A stretch of DNA of 64,000 nucleotides, taken from the NCBI GenBank assembly GCA_963707215.1, contig CAVPPB010000003.1, positions 1,056,001-1,120,000 on the forward strand. The letters are read 5' to 3'. The position numbers and the translations under genes were made by a program. Source of the DNA: an uncultured Chloroflexia bacterium (lineage in GTDB: Bacteria > Chloroflexota > Limnocylindria > Limnocylindrales > CSP1-4). The notes beneath the pieces were generated by a model. It searched no databases. It was given only the letters and a program-made list of their open reading frames with translations, and had not been told where the DNA came from. Below, piece by piece: positions 56,612 through 64,000 of this stretch (position 1 is the first letter of the stretch; the number at the start of each line of letters is the position of its first letter).

Positions 56612-57532
56612 TCAGCCCACGGTGATCGCCAGCATGCCGGCACCCAGGACCGCAGGCCGATCCACTGGATCGGCCGAAGGCGCTCGCCCAGGAAGGCGAC
56701 CGCGAAGGCACCGCGGCCACGGCGGGACCGAAGGACGAGGCGAGTCCCGACGAGCCAGGTCTCGGCGACCTCGAGGCCGATCGCGAACGAGATGAGGCCC
56801 AGTGACGTCCAGGAGGCCGGCGGCACAGGACCGCCAGGCCGGGCCCCGACGGTCCCGTGACGCCACCGGACGTCGACCATCGATCGCGACGCAGCGCGGC
56901 CGGGCGACAGGGCGACGGCGCGGAACGCCCACGAAGCAACGCGACATCGACGCCCCGCGATACGACGATCGACCTGGAGCCAGCCGACTCTCGCCTGATC
57001 GGTCCGCCGGGCCGACCGTACCAGGATCGCGAAGAGGCGTCAACGCGATCAGCCCGAAGGCGACGCCGGCGCCGCGCAGCCGGATGCTGCGGATCCGCCG
57101 TCCAAGGACCACCCCCGTCATGACGATGCCCGGGTCGTGGCAAGCACGGCACCAGCGGCCTGGGGGATCGTCAGGCGTCTCACCGCGGAAGACCACGGCG
57201 AGGACGACCGTCAGCCCGCCGAACGCCGCGACGACGGGGCTGACGACGGCGATCGGACCGATGCGCAGGGCGGTGAAGAAGGTGAGGTAGGCGAGCACGC
57301 ACGAGGATCCCCGAGACCGTCACGTCAGGTGACCATCGTCGAGGCGGGCATCGCCAGGGGCTCGACGTCGCGGAGCACGGCGAGGCCGACCAGGACGGCG
57401 AGGGCGATCGAGCTGCGCGCCGATGAGCGTCCGGAGGCTCCCGAGGCGGCGCCCGGAAAGCGCGGCGGAGATGTCGGTGACGCCCCAGGCGAGCGGCCGC
57501 GCCGAGTCCGAAGAGCAGCCCGGTTGGAGCAT
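56612..57532 (-). CDS. EamA/DMT transporter (multiple frameshifts)
   Basis: LAWGVTDI, YLTFFTALRIGPIAVVSPV, VFRGE and FLGERL in different frames. Confidence 0.75.
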
Positions 57533-57641
57533 GGCCCGGCCAGTCTACGGGCGACGGGCGCCTGCCCGGGCGCCGTCGGGCCGCCCCGTGCTACACTCCG
57601 CCACCGGTCCGGCGCCCCGCGACGTCGCCGCCGTCTCCGGT

Positions 57642-57717
57642 GGGGATGTAGCTCAGCTGGGAGAGCACCGCGTTCGCATCGCGGGGGTCAGGGGTTCGAG
57701 TCCCCTCATCTCCACCA
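57642..57717 (+). tRNA. tRNA-Ala(CGC)
   Basis: GGGGATG acceptor with G3:U70, anticodon arm CCGCG-TTCGCAT-CGCGG, TTCGAGT T loop, encoded CCA; TGCTACACT -10 at ~57590. Confidence 0.97.
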
Positions 57718-57755
57718 GCGCCACCACCGCGCGGACGGCGGACGGACCTGGTCAT

Positions 57756-57840
57756 GGGTCGGTTGGGCAGGTGGTGAGCCCAAGGGTCTGTAAAACCCTC
57801 GTCTTCGACTGTGGCAGTTCGATTCTGCCCCGGCCCACCA
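57756..57840 (+). tRNA. tRNA-Tyr(GTA)
   Basis: GGGTCGG/CCGGCCC acceptor, A73-CCA, AGGGT-CTGTAAA-ACCCT anticodon arm, variable arm, GGCAG-TTCGATT-CTGCC T arm. Confidence 0.92.
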
Positions 57841-57910
57841 GCTCACCGGGCTGCGGCACCGGGGTCCACGCACGGCTGACCGCTGGTCTCGCGTCGTACC
57901 CTTCTCCTCC

Positions 57911-60900
57911 ATGCAGACCTGCCCCAGCTGCGGCCAGGCGAACCCCGAGGGCTTCCGCCTGTGCGGGATGTGCGGCGCGTCGCTCGCGGCCGCCGAGTGC
58001 CGCGCCGCGAGTCGAGCGCAAGGTCGTCACCGTCCTGTTCTGCGACCTCGTCGGCTTCACGTCGCGGGCCGAGCGGCTCGATCCCGAGGACGTCCAGGCG
58101 CTGCTCGGCCCCGTACCACGCACGCGTCCGCGCCGAGCTCGAGCGCCACGGCGGCACCGTCGAGAAGTTCATCGGCGACGCGGTGATGGCGCTCTTCGGC
58201 GCCCCGACGGCCCACGAGGACGACCCCGAGCGGGCGGTTCGGGCGGCCCTCGCGATCCGCGATCACGCCATCGAGGAGGGACTCGAGCTGCGGGTCGGGA
58301 TCACGACCGGCGAGGCGCTCGTCTCGCTCGACGCGCGCCCGGCCGAGGGCGAGGGGATGGCCTCGGGCGACGTCGTCAACACCGCCGCCCGCCTGCAGGC
58401 GCGCCGCGCCCGTGAACGGGATCCTCGTCGACGAGACGACCCACCGAGCGACCCGCGGGCCGATCGAGTACCGCGAGGCCCCGGCGGTCGAGGCCAAGGG
58501 CAAGGCCGAGCCCGATCGCGGCCTGGGAGGCTGTCGAGGCTCGATCGCGCTTCGGCGTCGACGTCGACCACCACGCCCGGACCGAGCTCGTCGGGCGCGA
58601 GCGCGAGGTGCCATCGCTGCGGGACGCCCTCGAGCGGGCGACGCCCGAGCGAGCCTCGCAGCTCGTCACGCTGATCGGCGTCCCGGGAATGGGCAAGAGC
58701 CGGCTGGTCTACGAGCTCCGACGCATCGTCGACGCCGATCCGGAGCTCATCACCTGGCGCCAGGGGCGCTGTCTCGCCTACGGCGACGGGATCGCCTACT
58801 GGGCGCTCGGCGAGATGGTCAAGGCCCAGGCCGGCATCCACGAGCGGGACACCGAGGCGGAGACCGCGAGACGAAGCTCCGAGCCGCGATCGACGACGTC
58901 GTCGAAGAGCCGGCTGACCAAGCATGGGTCGAGTCGCATCTTCGTCCGCTGGTCGGCCTCGAGACGGCGACCGGCCTCGGCGGCGACCGCCGTGGCGAGG
59001 CGTTCGCCGCCTGGCGACGCTACCTCGAGGCGCTGGCCGAGCAGCGTCCCGCTGGTCCTGGTGTTCGAGGATCTCCACTGGGCCGACGCCGGTCTCCTCG
59101 ACTTCGTCGACCAGCTCGTGGACTGGCTGACCGACGTCCCGCTGCTCGTCGTCGGGACCGCCCGGCCGGAGCTGCTCGAGCGTCGCCCAGGCTGGGGCGG
59201 CGGCAAGCTCAACGCCACGACGATCGGGCTGTCGCCGCTCTCCGCCGTGGCAGACGGCGGGGCTCATCGGCCAGGTGCTCAAGCGACATCGTGCTGCCGG
59301 CCGAGGTCCAGCAGGCGCTGCTCGATCGGGCCGAGGGCAACCCGTTCTACGCGGAGCAGTTCGCCGAGCTCTACCTCGAGCGAGGCTCGACCGAGCGACC
59401 TGCCGATGCCCGAGACCATCCAGGGCATCATCGCCGCCCGCCTCGACGACCTCTCGACGAGCGAGAAGGCGATCCTCCAGGATGCCTCGGTCGTGGGCAA
59501 GGTCTTCTGGCCGGCGGCGCTCGGTCGCGAGGACGAGCCTCTCGACGAGGTCCTCCACGGGCTCGCGCGGAAGGGCTTCCTGACCCGACAGCGACGATCG
59601 TCGGTCGGGCGGCGAGGGCGAGTGGGCGTTCGCCCACATGCTCCTGCGCGATGTCGCCTACGAGCAGATCCCTCGCGCCGAGCGGAGCGACGAAGCATCG
59701 CCGGACGGCCGAGTGGATCGAGGGGCTCGGTCGACCCGAGGACCACGCGGAGCTGGTCGCCTACCACTGGCGCTCGGCCCTCGAGCTGGCCCGGGCCGCC
59801 GGCCTGGCGACGGATGGATCTGGAGCTTGCGACCCGGCTGGCCCTCCGAGCGGCCGGCGATCGCGCCCACGCCGTCAGCGCCTATCGCGAGGCGGCATCG
59901 TACTTCGGCGAGGCCCTGGCGCTCTGGCCTCCGGACGACCCAGCGTTGCCCGAGGTCCTCTACCGTCACGCCGACGCCCTCTTCATCGCGGACGACCCGC
60001 GCGCCGAGGGGGCCCTGGTGGCCTCCCGGGACGCCCTCCTGGCGGCCGACCTCCGGGAGCCGGCCGCCGAGGCCGAGTTGTCGCTCTCGCGGATCGCCTG
60101 GCACGGCGGCCAGCGGGACCGGGCCGCCGAGCACGAGGCAGCCGCCCAGGCGCTGGTCGCTGAGACGTCATCGCCCGCGGCAGCCCGCGTGCTCGCCTTC
60201 GTCGCCCGAACGCGGACGATATCGGGTGACCATGTCGGAGGCCAGGCCCTGGCACGGGAGGCGCTCGCCCTGGCAGAGCAGCAAGGCAACGATGAGCTCC
60301 GGGCCCACGCGCTCAGCACCATCGGGATCGGCAAGCGACCGCTCAACGACCCGACGGCGCGCGGTGATGTCGAGCGGGCGCTCGAGATCGCGGTCGCCAT
60401 TCGATCACCCCAGGCGGGCGCGATCGCCAACAACCTCGCTGTCGATGACTGGTTCGAGATGGACCACCGTGGCTACACCCGCCACATGCGCGAAGCGCTG
60501 GGGATCGCCGAGCAGGTCGGGGATGCGACGGGCGTGCGCTGGGTGACCGGGCAGCTCGTGGGCGTCGCTTACAGCGAAGGGGACTGGGATGAGGCGCTGG
60601 AGCGAGCAAGCCGCTTCATCGCGGAATGCGAGGCCGGCTCGCCGCACTATCTGCAGGCGGATGCGCACACGACGCGGGCACGCATCCGACTCGGCCGAGG
60701 CGACGTGGACGGCGCGATGGCCGATCATCGCCGAGCGAGCGACCTGGCTCGGGCAGCCGCCGATCCCCAGGCGCTCGTGCCGAACCTCGGTGCGACCGTG
60801 GAGGCGCTCGAGGTCCTCGGGCGAACCGACGAAGCAGACGAGCTGGCGGGCGAGATCCTTCCAGTGGTTCGACAGAACCCGAACGAGGCGGCCCACCTCC

Positions 60901-61229
60901 TGGCGCTCGACTTCCTTGCCACTCGTCGCTCGGAGCGGTACGAGCCCGAGCTGCGCGGGATCGTCGAGGGCGGCCCCGACCTGCCCTGGAAGCCCATGGC
61001 GCTGACCTGCCTCGATCGCGACTTCGTCCGGGCCGCCGAACTGTGGGCCGAGGCCGGGGGCCCGAGCTGGGAGGCGAAGCTCCGGATGCGGGCGGCCGAG
61101 GAGCTGATCGACGCCGGGCGGCGCCACGATGGCGAGGTCGAGCTCCAGAAGGCGCTAGCCTTCTACCGCACCGTCGGCGCGTCGTTCTGGATCGAGCGCG
61201 GGAAAGCGCTTCTCGCAACATCCGCCTGA
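57911..61229 (+). CDS. Double Zn-ribbon + class III adenylate/guanylate cyclase + AAA/STAND-like ATPase + TPR protein (multiple frameshifts)
   Basis: CPSC..CGMC, ERKVVTVLFCDLVGFT, EKFIGDAVMA, GDVVNTAARLQ, GVPGMGKSRL, FEDLHWAD, GNPFY, FAHMLLRDVAY. Confidence 0.88.
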
Positions 61230-61284
61230 GGCGATCCCAAGGTGGTCCCGAGCCCTCGCGGACCTCTGGCCCGATACTGGGTCG

Positions 61285-62490
61285 ATGCGCGACAACATCC
61301 GCCTCGGCCGGATCGCCGGTGTCCAGGTCGGCCTGGACTGGACCGTCATCCTCGTCGCCTGGCTCATCGCCTGGAGCCTGGCCTCCGGCCTGCTGCCGGC
61401 CGAGGTGCCCGGCCTGAGCACGATCGCCTACTGGGCTGCGGCCCTCGTGGTGGCCGCGCTCTTCTTCGCCTCGCTGCTCGCGCACGAGCTGGCCCACGCG
61501 GTCGTGGCCACCCGCCAGGGCCTCCACGTCGAGGGGATCACCCTCTGGCTCCTCGGTGGCGTGGCCCGGCTCCGAGGCGAGGCCAAGACGCCGGGGGCTG
61601 AAGCGCTCATCGCCGGCGTCGGGCCTCTGACGAGCCTCGCCGTCGCGGTCCCGTGCATCGTCGTCGGGGCGGCGCTCGACGCTGCCGGCTCGGTGCCGAT
61701 CGTCGCCGCGTCGGCGTCATGGCTCGGTCGGGTGAACCTGATCATCGGGATCTTCAACCTGCTGCCTGGGGCGCCGCTCGACGGGGGCCGCCTGGCCCGG
61801 GCCGTCTTCTGGCGGCTCCGCGGCGACCCGCTCAGGGCGACCGTGTGGGCAACCTCCCTCGGCCGACTCCTGGGCTATGGCCTCGTGGCGCTCGGCCTGC
61901 TCGAGCTGTTCATCGGGGTGAGCCTCGGCGGCCTGTGGTTCGTCATCCTGGGCATCTTCCTCGTCGTCGCCGCGCGCGCCGAGCGGCGGCAGGCGGAGCT
62001 CTCCGCCAGGCTCGCCGAGATCCGGGTCCGCGACGCCATCACGACCGATCCGCCCGTCATCCCGGCCGGGATCACCGTCGACGTGCTGGCCGACGCCGTC
62101 CCGGGCCGCAAGGAGACCCCGGGGACCTGGCTCGTGGCCGCCACCGACGGCGGCGTGATCGGGGTGCTGGGCGCCGAGCGGGTCCGGGATCTCTCGGTCG
62201 AGCGCCGGCGCGAGACGCGGGCGGGGGATCTGCGCACCCCGCTCGATGCGCTCCCGGAGACGACCCCGGACGAGTCCCTCCTCGATCTGCTGGAGCGGCT
62301 GCCGGACGAGGCCGAGCTGCGGGCGATCGTCCGCGCCGAGGGGCGGATCGTGGGGTTCGTGACCCCAGCTGGCGTGGCCAGGGCGGTGGAGCAGGAGACC
62401 GGGCGCTCGGCCCCCCGGCCGGGGCCGCAGGGACCGCCGGAGCCGCCCGGGCCGCAGGGACCGCCGGAGCCGCCGGCCGACCAGGGCTAG
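61285..62490 (+). CDS. Site-2 protease (M50) with CBS domains
   Basis: HELAH, FNLLPGAPLDGG, C-terminal CBS-like pair. Confidence 0.92.
   Translation: MRDNIRLGRIAGVQVGLDWTVILVAWLIAWSLASGLLPAEVPGLSTIAYWAAALVVAALFFASLLAHELAHAVVATRQGLHVEGITLWLLGGVARLRGEAKTPGAEALIAGVGPLTSLAVAVPCIVVGAALDAAGSVPIVAASASWLGRVNLIIGIFNLLPGAPLDGGRLARAVFWRLRGDPLRATVWATSLGRLLGYGLVALGLLELFIGVSLGGLWFVILGIFLVVAARAERRQAELSARLAEIRVRDAITTDPPVIPAGITVDVLADAVPGRKETPGTWLVAATDGGVIGVLGAERVRDLSVERRRETRAGDLRTPLDALPETTPDESLLDLLERLPDEAELRAIVRAEGRIVGFVTPAGVARAVEQETGRSAPRPGPQGPPEPPGPQGPPEPPADQG
62422..62474 (+). repeat. 27-bp tandem duplication encoding GPQGPPEPP
   Basis: GGGCCGCAGGGACCGCCGGAGCCGCC twice. Confidence 0.85.
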
Positions 62491-63263
62491 GTCGCCGGTT
62501 CGTCGAAGGCGGCGTGGAGCTCGGTCGAGTGATCGCGCAGCCAGCGCCGCCAGCGGGCGTGGTCCGGGACCCGGTCGGCGACGGTCTCCCAGAACCGGGG
62601 GCCGTGGCCGAACACCCGGAGGTGGGCGAGCTCGTGGACGACGACCGTCTCCAGCGCCTCCGGCGGCGCCAGGACGAGCCGCCAGGAGAAGGCGAGCCGA
62701 CCGGTCCGCGAGGCGCTCCCCCAGCGGGTCCGCTGGTCCCGGATCGTGATCCCGGCCGGGACGACGCCAAGGGGGTCCGCGTGGACCGAGACGGCCCGTT
62801 CCACGGCTCCGCGGGCTTGCGCCCGGCACCAATCGTGGAGGACCGTAGCGAGCGATCGCCGGTCTCCCGGCGCCAGTCGGACGTGCAGCTCGTCGGTCTC
62901 GCCGTCCCCCACCCGCTCGACGGTCGATCGACGGCCCGTGGGCCGGTCCCCGATCACGATCCGGTGGAGCGCCCCGCGGTAGCGCACGACGGCGCCCGGA
63001 CCCAGCGGCCCCCGGGCGGCCAGGGCGGCCAGCTCGCGGGCCCGCCGATCGAGGTGGCGGCGGAGCCACGACTCGCGTTCGACCAGGAACGCCTCGACGT
63101 CCGCCTCGGGCCGGGCCCAGCGGCCCCGGGACCCGACCGGCACCGTCACCAGGACGCCGCGATGCGGGTCGATGGTCACCCGGAGCCGTCGCGATCGTTG
63201 GGAACGACGCAGGGTGTACTCGACGGGTCCGCCGGGCAGGTCGGCGACGCGGCGCTCGGTCAT
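62487..63263 (-). CDS. YgjP/DUF45-like (SprT/M48-type) metallohydrolase
   Basis: IRDQRTRWGSAS, FSWRL, VVVHELAHL, HGPRFW. Confidence 0.9.
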   Translation of the reverse strand: MTERRVADLPGGPVEYTLRRSQRSRRLRVTIDPHRGVLVTVPVGSRGRWARPEADVEAFLVERESWLRRHLDRRARELAALAARGPLGPGAVVRYRGALHRIVIGDRPTGRRSTVERVGDGETDELHVRLAPGDRRSLATVLHDWCRAQARGAVERAVSVHADPLGVVPAGITIRDQRTRWGSASRTGRLAFSWRLVLAPPEALETVVVHELAHLRVFGHGPRFWETVADRVPDHARWRRWLRDHSTELHAAFDEPAT

Positions 63264-64000
63264 GACGAACGGAGGAGCCGGCCGGAGCGCAGCCCCGTCT
63301 CGTCGCCCTCGACGACGGCCGGGGTGCCGTTGACGATGACCGTGTCGATGCCGACCGGGTAGCGGGCGGGATCCGGATAGGTGGCCGGGTCGAGGACGGT
63401 CGCCGGGTCGAGGACGACGACGTCGGCGAACGCCCCTTCGCGAACGATGCCCCGGTCGACCAGGCCGAGACGGGCCGCCGGCACCAACGTCATCTTGGCG
63501 ATGGCCGACTCCAGTGAGAGGGCGCCGCGATCGCGGACGAAGCGGCCCAGGACCCGGGCCGTCGTCCCGTACGTCCGAGGATGGGGAACGCCGGCGTCCA
63601 GGACCGGATGACCGGGCCGCCGGGCCTCGGCATCGGTGCAGACGGCGATCCAGGGGACCCCCAGGATCGTCTCGACGTCCGCCTCGGTCATGCACTCGAT
63701 GACGCAGTCGGTCTCCACGGCATCGTCGGCGAGGACGTCGAAGGCCAGGTCGGCCGGATCGCGATCCAGCTCGCGACCGAGGTCGCCGAGGGATCGGCCG
63801 GCCCAGTCCGGGCGACTCGCCGACCAGGAGATGACGATGCCGTCCCAGCCCGGATCGGCGGCGACGTTCTCCCAGCCGGAGCGGCCCCCGTCGATGGTCG
63901 CCCGGATGGCCCGTCGGCCCGACGGGTCGCGGAGGGCGGCGGCGACCTCGGGGATCGGGGCGGCCAGCACCTCCGGCGGCAGGATCGTCGCCAGGACCGT
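63260..64000 (-). CDS. N-acyl-D-amino-acid deacylase (3' part; runs off the window)
   Basis: PHPRTYGT, KMT..PA.RLGL.DRG....G.FADVVV.DP, GIDTVIVNG. Confidence 0.88.
   Translation of the reverse strand, partial: TVLATILPPEVLAAPIPEVAAALRDPSGRRAIRATIDGGRSGWENVAADPGWDGIVISWSASRPDWAGRSLGDLGRELDRDPADLAFDVLADDAVETDCVIECMTEADVETILGVPWIAVCTDAEARRPGHPVLDAGVPHPRTYGTTARVLGRFVRDRGALSLESAIAKMTLVPAARLGLVDRGIVREGAFADVVVLDPATVLDPATYPDPARYPVGIDTVIVNGTPAVVEGDETGLRSGRLLRSS

Noticed and set aside
57642-61229. Genomic island integrated at the tRNA pair
   Set aside because: No integrase and no duplicated tRNA 3' end seen in the window

Overview
Very GC-rich bacterial chromosomal DNA, mostly minus-strand housekeeping genes. 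Gene content, a perfect CIRCE element, GAAC-N4-GTTC LexA boxes and an F420-type LLM enzyme suggest a high-GC Chloroflexota such as Limnocylindria/Ellin6529 (inference). The backbone is gap-pgk-eno, a divergent rpsT, lepA-hemW-hrcA-grpE-dnaK...dnaJ-prmA-mtaB-HIT...rpsU-yqeY-HDIG-ybeY-pth-mfd, an SOS imuA-imuB-dnaE2 cassette, a two-component system, tRNA-Ala(CGC) and tRNA-Tyr(GTA). The most notable items are: (1) an ATP-grasp ligase with a hydrophobic N-terminus, a C45 Ntn-hydrolase and an ABC-2 exporter inserted between dnaK and dnaJ; (2) three tiny single-TM peptides, each with its own candidate promoter, wedged inside the SOS cassette; (3) an S20 carrying a ~160-aa histone-H1-like tail; (4) a surface LTD + 7xOB-fold protein with no nuclease domain; (5) an unlisted 46-aa Cren7-like/DUF5679 protein; (6) structured leaders upstream of gap and rpsU; (7) pervasive leaderless-type promoters. 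Many single-base frameshifts at ~45-60 kb look like sequencing/assembly errors. No CRISPR array, integrase or transposase was seen. All family calls come from motif recognition by eye, not database searches.
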